A DNA stretch of 64,000 bases from Candidatus Woesearchaeota archaeon (GCA_030640025.1 DAOWKC010000002.1:68029-132028), one strand, 5' to 3'; counted from the first letter of the stretch, positions 1 through 9,427 are shown. The notes: generated by a model from the letters alone, not told the origin. Translations and numbers: made by a program.

Positions 1-2365
1 TTATGCTATGTCTGTTATTGTAGGCCGTGCGCTGCCAGATGTTCGGGATGGTTTGAAGCCAGTTCATCGAAGAATTCTTTTTGCCATGCAGCAAATGGGC
101 ATGTTTCATAATAAATCTTTTAAGAAATCAGCGCGTATTGTGGGGGAAGTTTTAGGTAAATATCATCCACACGGTGATACAGCTGTTTATGATGCCATGG
201 TGAGGATGACCCAAGATTTTTCTTTAAGATATCCATTAGTCCAGGGACAAGGTAATTTTGGAAGCATAGATGGTGATAATGCAGCTGCGATGAGGTATAC
301 AGAAGCAAGATTAAAGAAATTAGCAGAAGAGATGCTGCAAGATATTGACAAGGAAACAGTTGATTTCAAAGATAATTTTGATGGTTCGTTGAAAGAGCCA
401 ACTGTTTTGCCAAGCAAAGTCCCAAATTTACTAATCAATGGTTCAACTGGAATTGCAGTGGGTATGGCAACTAATGTTCCGCCGCATAATTTGAAAGAAG
501 TGGCTAATGGAGTTATGGCAGTGATTGAAAATCCTGAGATTTCTGTTGAAGAATTAATGGAGAAGATTCCTGGTCCTGATTTTCCAACTGGAGCCCAGAT
601 TATAGGCAGGTCAGGAATTAAAGATGCTTACACCACGGGGCGGGGCAAATTAACAGTCAAAGGTGTGGCTGAAGTTGAAGAAGATAAAATTATTGTTTCT
701 GAAATTCCATATATGGTCAACAAGGCAATGTTAATTGAACATATTGCTGATTTAGTTAAGGACAGAAAAATTGAAGGGATTAGAAATATTAGAGATGAAT
801 CTGATCGAGATGGAATCAGAGTTGTAATTGAATTAAAACAAGGGGCTGACAGTGAAGTTGTTTTGAATCAATTGTATAAATATAGTAGGATGAGAGTGAC
901 GTTTGGGATTTATTTGTTGGCTTTGGTTAATAATGAACCAAAGTTATTGAGTTTACGAGGGATGTTAAAGCATTTTGTCAAGCACAGACGAGAAGTTGTT
1001 CGAAGAAAAACGCAATTTGATTTGAAAAAAGCAGAGGAAAGAGCTCATGTTTTAGAAGGTTTGATTGTGGCAATCAATAATATTGATGAAGTAATTCCAG
1101 GCATTAGAAAAAGCAGGACAGTGGAAGACGCCAAGAATTTCTTGATGAGCAACTACAGTTTGACTGAAATACAGGCTAAAGCTATTCTTGATATGAGATT
1201 GCAGAAGCTGGCTTCACTTGAGCAGGAGAAGACAAAGAAAGAACATGATGACTTATTGGTTTTGATCAAGGATTTGAAAGAGATTTTAGATGATGAGAAA
1301 GAGATTTTAGGAATTATTAAGGAAGAGTTAAGAGAGTTGATTTCAAAGTATGGAGATGAAAGAAGAACTGTGATTCAAGAACAAGAAGAAAGGCAATTTG
1401 ATGTTGAGGAGTTAATCAAAGAAGAAGATATGGTGGTGACAATTACACATTCTGGTTATATCAAAAGGCTGCCAATCGGTGTTTACAAGACGCAACGGAG
1501 AGGAGGCAAAGGAGTTAAGGCGGCCGGCACTAAGGAAGAGGATTTTGTTGAAGATTTATTTGTAGCTTCAACTCACAGTTACTTATTATTTTTTACAAAT
1601 AAAGGGCAATTGCATTGGCTAAAGGTTTATGATATTCCAACTGGCGGCCGAGGAGCCAAAGGCAGACCAGTGGTTAATTTAATTGGTTTGAGAGAAGGCG
1701 AGAGGATAACAGCAGTTGTTCCAGTTCGCGAATTTAAGGAAGGGAATTATTTAGTCATGGGAACTAAGAAAGGTGTGGTTAAAAAGAGTTCGTTAATGGA
1801 TTTCAGCAGGCCCCGTAGAGGAGGTATCAGAGCGATTAGTTTTGATGAAGGTGATGAGTTGATTGGAGTGGTGATGACTGACGGCAATAAGCAGATTATC
1901 ATGGCGACCCGGAATGGGATTGCCAGCAGATTTAAAGAAAGTGATTTGAGGGCAATAGGCAGAACTGCTCGAGGTGTGCGAGGCATTAGATTAAGGGCAG
2001 ATGATTATGTAGTGGGAATGTGTATGGCTGAAGATGATAAGTCATTATTGACTGTAACTGAAAAAGGTTTTGGTAAAAGAAGTAGGGTAGCAGATTATAG
2101 ATTGATTAATCGGGGTGGTAAAGGAGTTATTAATTTGAAAATTACTGAGAAAAATGGTAAGGTAATAGCGATTAAATCAGTAAATGACAGTGATCAGTTG
2201 ATGTTTATTTCAAAACACGGAATTGCTATTAGGATGAAAGCAGATAGTATTTCAGTGATTGGCAGAGCAACACAAGGTGTAAGGATAATGAAATTAGGTG
2301 AAGGAGACAAAGTCATGGCAGTGGCCAGAATTATTTTTGAAAATGGTCAAGACCAAAATAATTGA
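1..2365 (+). CDS. gyrA: DNA gyrase subunit A, 5'-truncated by window edge (reading frame continues upstream of the Met at 8)
   Basis: Translation contains canonical GyrA motifs ([28 protein letters not shown]) followed by C-terminal beta-pinwheel repeats. The frame is open from nt 2 and the protein lacks the usual ~30 N-terminal residues. Confidence 0.9.
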   Translation, partial: YAMSVIVGRALPDVRDGLKPVHRRILFAMQQMGMFHNKSFKKSARIVGEVLGKYHPHGDTAVYDAMVRMTQDFSLRYPLVQGQGNFGSIDGDNAAAMRYTEARLKKLAEEMLQDIDKETVDFKDNFDGSLKEPTVLPSKVPNLLINGSTGIAVGMATNVPPHNLKEVANGVMAVIENPEISVEELMEKIPGPDFPTGAQIIGRSGIKDAYTTGRGKLTVKGVAEVEEDKIIVSEIPYMVNKAMLIEHIADLVKDRKIEGIRNIRDESDRDGIRVVIELKQGADSEVVLNQLYKYSRMRVTFGIYLLALVNNEPKLLSLRGMLKHFVKHRREVVRRKTQFDLKKAEERAHVLEGLIVAINNIDEVIPGIRKSRTVEDAKNFLMSNYSLTEIQAKAILDMRLQKLASLEQEKTKKEHDDLLVLIKDLKEILDDEKEILGIIKEELRELISKYGDERRTVIQEQEERQFDVEELIKEEDMVVTITHSGYIKRLPIGVYKTQRRGGKGVKAAGTKEEDFVEDLFVASTHSYLLFFTNKGQLHWLKVYDIPTGGRGAKGRPVVNLIGLREGERITAVVPVREFKEGNYLVMGTKKGVVKKSSLMDFSRPRRGGIRAISFDEGDELIGVVMTDGNKQIIMATRNGIASRFKESDLRAIGRTARGVRGIRLRADDYVVGMCMAEDDKSLLTVTEKGFGKRSRVADYRLINRGGKGVINLKITEKNGKVIAIKSVNDSDQLMFISKHGIAIRMKADSISVIGRATQGVRIMKLGEGDKVMAVARIIFENGQDQNN

Positions 2366-2732
2366 ACTTTTGGATTTGATTGAAAAGGACATGGAGTTGA
2401 GTCCTTGGTCTAGAAAATTGACTTTAAAGGAACAGCACCAATGGTTTTTAGATGAAGTTGAAGAATTGAAAGAAGCATTGGGCAAAGAAGACATGAAAAA
2501 TTACGGTGAAGAGCTGGGAGATGCGCTTTGGGATTTGTTGAAATTAATGGTGATTGCTGAAAAAGAAGGGGTAGGAAAGGCCAGGGATATGGTTGAGAAT
2601 ATTAGAAAGAAGATTAGCACTCGAAAACCTCATTTGACAAATGGAAAGGAGCTGACAGCAGAAGAAGAAGAAAAACAATGGCATGAAATAAAGGCTAAGG
2701 AGAAAAATGAAGGCTCTGGCAATAACAGATAA
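2343..2732 (+). CDS. MazG-like nucleoside triphosphate pyrophosphohydrolase
   Basis: EExxE...[13 protein letters not shown] motif pattern typical of MazG/NTP-PPase all-alpha fold. Start chosen at the internal Met (MVKTK), which overlaps the gyrA stop. Confidence 0.5.
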   Translation: MVKTKIIELLDLIEKDMELSPWSRKLTLKEQHQWFLDEVEELKEALGKEDMKNYGEELGDALWDLLKLMVIAEKEGVGKARDMVENIRKKISTRKPHLTNGKELTAEEEEKQWHEIKAKEKNEGSGNNR

Positions 2733-3762
2733 AGGTTTGGAAGATATTTCTTTGTTAGAGATTAAAGAGTTTTTAGGTGTTAAGGGGGAGGTGGTTGATT
2801 CTGGTGTTATTTTTGATTTTAAGAAATTAGAAGATTTGTATTTGTTGTGTTATAAAGGTCAATCTGTTTTTAAGGTTTTAAATTTGATTGATAATTTTAA
2901 GGTTAAGAAAAATTTGATTAAAGAAGTGAAAGCAAGAGTTAAGAAAATTGATTTTTCTAAATATTTGGGGAAAGGGCAGAAGTTTGCGGTGCGATGCTGG
3001 CGGAGGAAAAATGAAATTTCACGAGGAGAAGTTGAGCAGGAAGTTGGTTCAGTGATTCCAGGCAGAGTTGATTTAGAAAAACCTGATGTTAGGTTTTTTG
3101 TTTTTGTTAATGGTTTAGAGGTTTATTTTGGAATTGATGTTTCTGGTCGAGATTTGAGTGAGAGGGAGTACAAGATATTTTCACATCCGCATTCTTTGAA
3201 AGGGCCAGTGGCTTATGGTTTAGTTCGTCTGAGTGGTTGGAGTGGTAAAAAGGTTCTTTTGAATTGTTTTTGCAAGAGCGGCGAGATTGGAATTGAAGCA
3301 GCTTTGTTTGGCAATGGTTTATCGGTGAATTATTATCAGAAAGAAAAGATGGGTTTTGATTTTGATTTTGAAAAGTTTGATAAAAAAAAGAAAGTCAAAT
3401 TAAAGATTCATTGTGTTGACAGTGATTTTAGAAGTTTATCGGCAACAAAGAAAAATGCCAAGATTGCCGGAGTGGCTAAAGAAGTGCAGGTTTCTAAAAC
3501 TTCAGTTGGGGATTTGGATGTTAAGTTTAAGAAAGAGACGGTTGATTGTTTGGCTTGCCAAGTCATTAAAGTCGAGGAAGGAAATCAAGTTAAGGAGTTG
3601 TTTTACCAGGCAGAATTTATTTTGAAAGGAAAATTAGTAATCTTATGCCGGGAGAAAGATAATTTTGATTCTTTGGCTAAAGTTCATAAATTTAAAAAAG
3701 TTGAAGAACGTATTATTGAAAGAGGAGGAATTAATTACAAGGTTTTGGTCTACTCAAAATGA
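2707..3762 (+). CDS. THUMP-domain RNA methyltransferase-like protein (Trm14/RlmL-like; SAM motif degenerate)
   Basis: N-terminal THUMP-like region ([22 protein letters not shown]...) is followed by a Rossmann-like segment (LLNCFCKSGEIGIEAA, similar to LDPFCGSGT). Inferred from motif resemblance only. Confidence 0.45.
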   Translation: MKALAITDKGLEDISLLEIKEFLGVKGEVVDSGVIFDFKKLEDLYLLCYKGQSVFKVLNLIDNFKVKKNLIKEVKARVKKIDFSKYLGKGQKFAVRCWRRKNEISRGEVEQEVGSVIPGRVDLEKPDVRFFVFVNGLEVYFGIDVSGRDLSEREYKIFSHPHSLKGPVAYGLVRLSGWSGKKVLLNCFCKSGEIGIEAALFGNGLSVNYYQKEKMGFDFDFEKFDKKKKVKLKIHCVDSDFRSLSATKKNAKIAGVAKEVQVSKTSVGDLDVKFKKETVDCLACQVIKVEEGNQVKELFYQAEFILKGKLVILCREKDNFDSLAKVHKFKKVEERIIERGGINYKVLVYSK

Positions 3763-4352
3763 TTTTGAACAAATTTCGCAAGGATGTTCTGAATAGTTCT
3801 ATTCAAGATATTAAAAGAAGTTTGAGGGAAGTCAATCAAATGGTTTCTAAGGATAATGAAGATTATATGATGCGAATTAATTCTTTGGTCAATAATATGG
3901 TGAACTCAAAGAATGAGAGAAGGGACAGGCAGGAGATATTGAAACTGGCTGAAAGACTTTCTGAGAGAAAGATTAGACTGCCAGGTGAAATTTTAGATGA
4001 GGTCAAAGCTGATTTAGAGGAGATTGACAAGTGTTTAGAGAATAATTGTCTTCGGAGTGCGGTGGTGTTGTGTGGTAGGGTATTGGAAACTGCTTTGCAT
4101 AGGAAGTATTATGAAGCAACTGGCAATGATTTGCTGGAGAAAGCGCCAGGGATTGGTCTGGGCAAAGTGATTGCCAAGTTATCAGAGGCCAATGTTGCGT
4201 TGGATCCAGGTTTGACACAACAAATACATTTAGTAAATCAGATTCGGGTTTTTTCTGTTCACAAGAAGAAAGGAGTTTTTCGTCCATCTCGGGAGCAGGC
4301 TGAGGCCATGGTTCTTTATACTAAAGATGTGTTGAGGAAGTTGTTTGGATAG
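3759..4352 (+). CDS. hypothetical protein with C-terminal DUF4145-like domain
   Basis: C-terminal pattern VVLCGRVLETALH...KVIAKL...IHLVNQIRVFSVHKK resembles DUF4145 (C-terminal domain of some type I restriction HsdR/Abi proteins). The N-terminal half is coiled-coil-like. Confidence 0.4.
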   Translation: MILNKFRKDVLNSSIQDIKRSLREVNQMVSKDNEDYMMRINSLVNNMVNSKNERRDRQEILKLAERLSERKIRLPGEILDEVKADLEEIDKCLENNCLRSAVVLCGRVLETALHRKYYEATGNDLLEKAPGIGLGKVIAKLSEANVALDPGLTQQIHLVNQIRVFSVHKKKGVFRPSREQAEAMVLYTKDVLRKLFG

Positions 4353-4620
4353 AATGAAACATTGGAATTATTTTGATTTTAGTAGACCAGACAGAAAAAT
4401 TTACAAAATCCGTTCTGATGGTTGTTTAATGAGAGTTTTAGATTCAGAAAAAGTTTCTTTGAGTTTTGAAGAAGTTAGAAATGCTCTATCTCCAGATCCA
4501 GAACTGGGATATGAAAGAATAGATGAATTATTTAAACAAAAACATCCTCAAGATGAAAGAGACCAAAAAGAGCTTTCGAAAGAAGAACAAAGTGAATTAG
4601 AAAGAACTGTTTTTAGTTAA
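4345..4620 (+). CDS. hypothetical small acidic protein
   Basis: 91-aa ORF overlapping the stop of the upstream gene by 8 nt. No recognisable motif. Confidence 0.3.
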   Translation: MDRMKHWNYFDFSRPDRKIYKIRSDGCLMRVLDSEKVSLSFEEVRNALSPDPELGYERIDELFKQKHPQDERDQKELSKEEQSELERTVFS

Positions 4621-5073
4621 GGAGGTTGATTGTTGGTCTAATTCTCTGTCTGGATTACACAAACAATCTTGATTACCTAAATATTTTTGGACATCGAGAT
4701 CACGTAAATAATTCTCTGTGTATCCTAATGAGGGGGCGAGATACCCGAGATTATGCCATCTTTTTAATGAAAACAATCTAATTCCCATTGCTTGTCCAAC
4801 CTCACTTCTTGATTGTCCCTGTCTTAAACGGTAATCTATTTCCCAGGCGTCTTTGGCGATTCGTTCTTCGTCAACATTAAAAAATTGATCATTACATTTA
4901 ACTAAATCGGTGATGAATTGATTTCTATATTTTGGATCACAATTTAAAATTGTTTCTTTCAGTGTTTTAGTATCTCCTAATAAGACTGCTTGGTGACCTT
5001 GAGTATAAAGATTTAATCCAATTTTATGAGAGTAATGTTCCATTCTCTTTTCAACGATTCCATTGATATTCAT
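4597..5073 (-). CDS. hypothetical protein with C-terminal helix-turn-helix (transposase/terminase-small-subunit-like HTH)
   Basis: Segment RQGQSRSEVGQAMGIRLFSLKRW fits the G-S-x-EIA-x-LG-x-TV-RW HTH pattern. Start placed at MNINGIVEKR; the longer ORF extends to 5106. Confidence 0.35.
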   Translation of the reverse strand: MNINGIVEKRMEHYSHKIGLNLYTQGHQAVLLGDTKTLKETILNCDPKYRNQFITDLVKCNDQFFNVDEERIAKDAWEIDYRLRQGQSRSEVGQAMGIRLFSLKRWHNLGYLAPSLGYTENYLRDLDVQKYLGNQDCLCNPDRELDQQSTSLTKNSSF

Positions 5074-5314
5074 TTTATCCACAACTAGTTCTTTTTGACA
5101 AAGCAATTCTGTCTAGTTCAGGGTAAACTAAATCAATTAATCCTACAAGGCCCATTAAGGTGAGATAGACTAAACCTAAACTAATGAATTTGATTGGATT
5201 TTGCATTTTTATCACTTAAGCATGGTTATATTTAGTAATATATAGAAGTTTGTTCTTATTTTTGGTTAATTTACGAAATATTTAAATATAAATTTGGTTT
5301 ATTGTCTTTTTATC

Positions 5315-6295
5315 ATGGTTAATTTGGACAAAAAGGACTGGAAGATATTGTATCATCTGACTGAGAATGCTCGGCAGAGCCATTCTCAATTAGCCCGAAA
5401 AGTGGGGCTAAGTAAGAATGCAGTTACTTATAGGATTGAAAGACTGAAGAAAAAAGGAATAATCACTGGATTTTTTACCATCCTTAATCATGAACTGATG
5501 GGCTTTAGTTTTTATGAGGTCTTGTTGAAATTTAATTACAGGAAAGAGGATGAGAAAAAAGTGAAGGAATATCTACAAAAACATCCGAATACTCTGGCTA
5601 TAGATCAAGTTTCTGGTGAATGGAATGTAATGGTGGAATATGGCTGTAGAAATATCGAAGAGTTTTATGAATGCTTAGATGATTTGAAGGATAAAATGTC
5701 AGCTTATTTAGATTCCTTTGAAACTCATCTAGTTTTAAAACCATTAGTAGTAGAACAACTGCCGATTGATGTTTATAAAAAAATGGGTGTGAAAAAGAAG
5801 AGAAAGCCTTTTTTGTTGTTGAGGAAAAAAGAAAAGGTTGATGAATTGGATAGGAAATTGTTGTTTGAATTAGATAAAGACTGTACTGCGCCGCTTTATG
5901 TTTTGGGTGAGAAATTAAAAGTAACGTCTGAGACAGTGGCGAGCAGGATTAAGAAATTGATGAAAAAGAAGATTATTGTTAAATTTACGGCTCAGATTAA
6001 TTTAAAGGCCTTGGGTTATGAGGTTGTGGTTGTTAAGATGAGTTTAAGGAACCTGACTAAGGAGAAAGAAAATATTTTGTCGAGATATATTAAAAATCAT
6101 CCAAGAGTAAGGTATGCTTTTTTAGGAGGGACAAAACCTGAAGTGTTTATTTATTTAGCAGTGGAAAATGCAAAAGAGTTAAATGATTTTTTGAGAGAAG
6201 TCAAGGAGAAACATTTTGAGATTATTGTGAATCAAAGTTATTTATGGACAACAGCCATGTGGAAGTATGATTTGTTTCCTAAAGGGATGGTTTAG
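5315..6295 (+). CDS. Lrp/AsnC-family transcriptional regulator, tandem duplicated (two HTH+RAM units)
   Basis: Two repeats of the HTH_AsnC pattern (DKKDWKILYHLTENARQSHSQLARKVGLSKNAVTYRIERL and LDRKLLFELDKDCTAPLYVLGEKLKVTSETVASRIKKL). Each is followed by a RAM-like domain. Confidence 0.7.
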   Translation: MVNLDKKDWKILYHLTENARQSHSQLARKVGLSKNAVTYRIERLKKKGIITGFFTILNHELMGFSFYEVLLKFNYRKEDEKKVKEYLQKHPNTLAIDQVSGEWNVMVEYGCRNIEEFYECLDDLKDKMSAYLDSFETHLVLKPLVVEQLPIDVYKKMGVKKKRKPFLLLRKKEKVDELDRKLLFELDKDCTAPLYVLGEKLKVTSETVASRIKKLMKKKIIVKFTAQINLKALGYEVVVVKMSLRNLTKEKENILSRYIKNHPRVRYAFLGGTKPEVFIYLAVENAKELNDFLREVKEKHFEIIVNQSYLWTTAMWKYDLFPKGMV

Positions 6296-6334
6296 GGAAA
6301 AGTTTATATATACCTAATTTTGATGTGTTTAATT

Positions 6335-6672
6335 GGTAGGGGCGGTTTTAGCTGACGGTAAACATTTGTTTGCTGAGGAAAGTCCACCCACCAAAAGTTG
6401 AGTTTTTTTATGAAAGCTTAACTGGAAGAAAGTCACTCTCGGAAGAGAGAGGGAGAAATCCCTGGCTCTGGCTCAGAAACGACACGTCCATGAACGAGGA
6501 TGAAAATGGCGAAGGTCTCTGAAAAGGGACTGAGTTAACCCGTAGACGTTGTTCATGGGAACGATGAAACGGCGAAACCCTGACTGGTGCAAGTCATTAA
6601 GACGCTTAGTAGAATGCTAAATGGCCTGTCTGATTACAGAGGCTAACAAAAGGTGGCTTATCCCGCCCTACC
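6335..6672 (+). ncRNA. rnpB: RNase P RNA
   Basis: Universal CR-I motif GAGGAAAGTCC at 6375-6385 and the conserved ACAAAAGGTGGCTTATCCCGCCC 3' region. 5' GGTAGGGGCGG pairs with 3' CCGCCCTACC to form the P1 helix. Lies in a non-coding gap. Confidence 0.75.
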
Positions 6673-6685
6673 AACCTTACTTAAA

Positions 6686-6859
6686 ATGGGAAAAGATGAC
6701 AAAATCAGGATGCCTTCGGGCATGGGTGGAATTACCCGTTATTTTGATGAATATCAAAGCAAGTTTGAATTCTCACCAGGACTAGTGATTGTTCTGTGTA
6801 TTATTGTCATGGTGATTGTACTGGTACTACATTTCTTTGGAAAAGGTTTGTTGAGTTAA
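6686..6859 (+). CDS. secG: preprotein translocase Sec61-beta (archaeal SecG)
   Basis: GGITRYFDE motif followed by a single C-terminal TM helix (VIVLCIIVMVIVLVLHFFG), as in archaeal Sec61beta. Start moved to the internal Met so it does not overlap the RNase P RNA. Confidence 0.65.
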   Translation: MGKDDKIRMPSGMGGITRYFDEYQSKFEFSPGLVIVLCIIVMVIVLVLHFFGKGLLS

Positions 6860-6953
6860 TTTTTTAGTTATAATCTTCTTTTGGGGATGTGGTTTTGACA
6901 TTATCTTGGACAAGGTGGAAATATTTATAAGTAACAAAAAATTCCAATCAAAT

Positions 6954-7322
6954 ATGAAAAATAAAATAATAATCGCAATTATGTTTCTTATGGCAGTAGG
7001 AATCCTGATTATTGGCTGTACTAAATCAGGGTTTGACTGGGAAGATAAAGGCGATGGTACTTGGACTAAGACTGATTTGGCGTGCATGACACAAGGGGCA
7101 TTAACTTATACTTGTGTGAGCAATTGTTATGAAAACAAAGAAGTTCAATTGCAGAATATGGAAGGAACCTATAATGTTTGGGATTTAGGTTATGACCTAA
7201 GCGAGAGTTTGGTTATTGAAAAAACAAAAACAAACACAGGAGTAGATGTTATTTGCTTTGATCAAGGTTGTTTTCCTTACGCAGACGAGCAAGAAGCCTG
7301 GACGGTAGTATGCCCTACATGA
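6954..7322 (+). CDS. small Cys-rich secreted lipoprotein (signal peptide + IIGC lipobox)
   Basis: MKNKIIIAIMFLMAVGILIIGC signal/lipobox-like N-terminus. 10 Cys in a ~100-aa mature part. Confidence 0.4.
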   Translation: MKNKIIIAIMFLMAVGILIIGCTKSGFDWEDKGDGTWTKTDLACMTQGALTYTCVSNCYENKEVQLQNMEGTYNVWDLGYDLSESLVIEKTKTNTGVDVICFDQGCFPYADEQEAWTVVCPT

Positions 7323-7434
7323 TAATCTTTTAGTGCGCTTTGTCAACTGCGCATAAGCTAGTCTTTGAAGGCTTGTCCAGTGCAGGTTGTGCTTTAGAAA
7401 TCTTTTTATATGGGCTTTCTTTTTGATTAATATT

Positions 7435-7776
7435 ATGTTTCCTGGCATGAATCCTCGGAAGATGCAGCAGATGATGAAAAAGATGGGTATGCAGCAGCAG
7501 GAAATCCCAGCCATTGAAGTGATTATCAAAACAGAAGATAAAGAAATTGTGATTACCGAGCCTTCGGTCAGCAAAGTCAACATGATGGGACAAGAAACTT
7601 TTCAGATTTCAGGGCAAATCCATGAAAGAGAAATTTCTTCTGAACCAAATATTTCTGAAGATGATGTTAAAACTGTGATGGAGCAGGCTGAATGTTCTGA
7701 AGATGAAGCTAAGCAAGCTTTAGAAGAAACATCCGGGGATCTGGCTGAAGCCATATTGAAGCTTAAAAAGCAATAA
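7435..7776 (+). CDS. nac: nascent polypeptide-associated complex alpha subunit (NAC + UBA domains)
   Basis: MFPGMNPRKMQQMMKKMGM N-terminus, NAC-domain core, and C-terminal UBA-like EDEAKQALEETSGDLAEAILKL. Confidence 0.8.
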   Translation: MFPGMNPRKMQQMMKKMGMQQQEIPAIEVIIKTEDKEIVITEPSVSKVNMMGQETFQISGQIHEREISSEPNISEDDVKTVMEQAECSEDEAKQALEETSGDLAEAILKLKKQ

Positions 7777-7809
7777 ATTTAATATATTTCTTTGATATTT
7801 ATTATTACT

Positions 7810-8295
7810 ATGGAGAAGTTTCAAGTGTTGAGGGAGGAGGCTTTAGACAATCTCAAAAAAGCGGATCATATGTTGACAATAACATATCCGATGATAGGAG
7901 ATACCAGAATATTATTGAATGTGGCTGATAATATCTTCTTGTCTTTAACCAAGGCGATGAGTTCAGTTGTTTTTCATGACAGGTTGTTCAAATATATTCC
8001 CTCATTTAATGATAATTTTGAAGGCAAATTCTTGGTTTTTAAGGATAAATGTATGAGGAGGCATAAGATTGACTTGCAATATGCCAAATTAATGCAGGAA
8101 ATCAAGGAAATCATCATGTTGCACAAACAAAGCCCAGTTGAATTCAAAAGAAAGGACAGATTTGTGATTTGCACTGAGAACTATAGGATGATTGCCATCA
8201 CAGTCAATATGCTGAAAGATTATCTCAAAAAAACCAAAGAGTTTATATCTATTGTACAGTTAATCACGAGAAAAAATGAAGGAATCTTTAGCTGA
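7810..8295 (+). CDS. hypothetical protein (paralog of next gene)
   Basis: No known motif. Shares an L-x-E-A-x3-LK-x3-H...D-x3-L-x-N pattern with the adjacent ORF. Confidence 0.35.
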   Translation: MEKFQVLREEALDNLKKADHMLTITYPMIGDTRILLNVADNIFLSLTKAMSSVVFHDRLFKYIPSFNDNFEGKFLVFKDKCMRRHKIDLQYAKLMQEIKEIIMLHKQSPVEFKRKDRFVICTENYRMIAITVNMLKDYLKKTKEFISIVQLITRKNEGIFS

Positions 8296-8743
8296 AGCCA
8301 AGGAAGAATTGAAAAGAATTGAACATATCATCTATGTCAGTCTGAAATATACCCGGACAGTTGATGTGTTAAGAAATGCTTTGAACCGATTAGTGAGTAT
8401 GTTTGATTTCTTAATTGACGCTTTAGTGGCGTATGCAAAAAAAGAGAAGAAGTTTAAGAAAATTCCTAAAACCCCTCGGTTGAAAGTAGAATTGGTTCGC
8501 GAAGCTTTTGAAGAAGATGAAAGAATTTTATGGTATATGAATTTTTATATTTTCTTAAGAGATATTTTAAAGGCAAAATTTACCAAGAGAGAGGAATACC
8601 GAAGACATGTTACTATGGTGGCTGAATTATGGAACAGAACAGTAGATGTTAATATTGACACTTTAGAAGATAATCTTTTGGTGATAGCCAAAGAGTTCAT
8701 GGAATACAGCGAAATTCTTTTAGGTTTTAAGGAAAAAGAATAA
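8276..8743 (+). CDS. hypothetical protein (paralog of previous gene)
   Basis: Overlaps the previous ORF by 20 nt. Similar N-terminal helix pattern (LAEAKEELKRIEHIIYVSLKYTRTVDVLRNALNRL). Confidence 0.35.
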   Translation: MKESLAEAKEELKRIEHIIYVSLKYTRTVDVLRNALNRLVSMFDFLIDALVAYAKKEKKFKKIPKTPRLKVELVREAFEEDERILWYMNFYIFLRDILKAKFTKREEYRRHVTMVAELWNRTVDVNIDTLEDNLLVIAKEFMEYSEILLGFKEKE

Positions 8744-8768
8744 AAAGCTTGAAAGATTTCTTATTCAA

Positions 8769-9281
8769 ATGGCAAAAAAGAAGAAGGTGAAAAGGAGACG
8801 TAAGATTTCTACTCCCAAAAAAGAATGGACAACAAGGAGATTAGAAAAAGCAGAAAAAATACTGACAACAACTCAGGTGCATGAGCCTTTTTTTAGCCAG
8901 ATTGTTTTTTGGTCTGCTATTTTAGTGATTGTGATTGGGAATTTGATTATGTCGATTGCTTTAATTCCTTTTCTGACTGTTTTGAATAAGTGGTTTTTAG
9001 ATGTGATTATTGTTGTTTTGGCTTTGGTAATGGGGATCTTGTTTAATTTTTTGATAACTAATATTGGTCATTTAGACAGGCACCATCATGTTTTGGCTTT
9101 AGTGATTGTGCCGTTGATTGCTTTGGCCAATGTGATTTTTGTGGTAATAATGGCCAACCAGATTATTGCTGGGATTGAGATAGTGGATATCAGGCATAAT
9201 CCATGGTTGATGGGTATTTTGTATGGGGTTGCTTTTGTGCTGCCATATATATTCTATAATGTGAGAAAAGTTTATAAGTAA
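8769..9281 (+). CDS. hypothetical membrane protein (K/R-rich N-terminus, 4 TM helices)
   Basis: MAKKKKVKRRRK N-terminus followed by four strongly hydrophobic segments. Confidence 0.45.
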   Translation: MAKKKKVKRRRKISTPKKEWTTRRLEKAEKILTTTQVHEPFFSQIVFWSAILVIVIGNLIMSIALIPFLTVLNKWFLDVIIVVLALVMGILFNFLITNIGHLDRHHHVLALVIVPLIALANVIFVVIMANQIIAGIEIVDIRHNPWLMGILYGVAFVLPYIFYNVRKVYK

Positions 9282-9302
9282 TTTAGGGTAAGAAGTTCTT
9301 GC

Positions 9303-9421
9303 GGCGGTAGTCGTATAAAATTACGGAAAAAAAGTCCGTAAGGTACATCGGTTAGTATTCAAGCCTGTGGTCATTTATTGGCAGCCAGCTTGAGGACGGG
9401 GTTCGATTCCCCGCTACCGCC
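9303..9421 (+). tRNA. tRNA-His (anticodon GUG) with two predicted introns: ~30 nt near positions 9/10 (9313-9342) and 16 nt at the canonical 37/38 site (9371-9386)
   Basis: Acceptor GCGGTAG (9304-9310) pairs with CTACCGC (9414-9420). T-arm is CGGGG-TTCGATT-CCCCG. D-arm is GTAC-ATCGGTTA-GTAT with A14, G18G19 and A21. Anticodon stem CAAGC/GCTTG pairs perfectly, with loop CU-GUG-GA after removing a 16-nt insert. G-1 (9303) and C73 are His identity elements. An oligo-T run follows. Confidence 0.55.
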
Positions 9422-9427
9422 CTTTTT

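Noticed and set aside
6653-6685. N-terminal 11 codons of the Sec61beta ORF as in the ORF track
   Set aside because: This stretch overlaps the 3' P1 strand of the RNase P RNA. The internal Met at 6686 gives a typical archaeal Sec61beta length.
9304-9421. Alternative reading of the tRNA as a class II (Leu/Ser) tRNA with long variable arm, or D-arm formed by CGTA-TAAAAT-TACG near the 5' end
   Set aside because: No 5-bp anticodon stem, U33 or 3-bp D-stem could be drawn for a class II fold. The 5'-proximal hairpin lacks G18G19. The two-intron tRNA-His fold satisfies all conserved positions instead.
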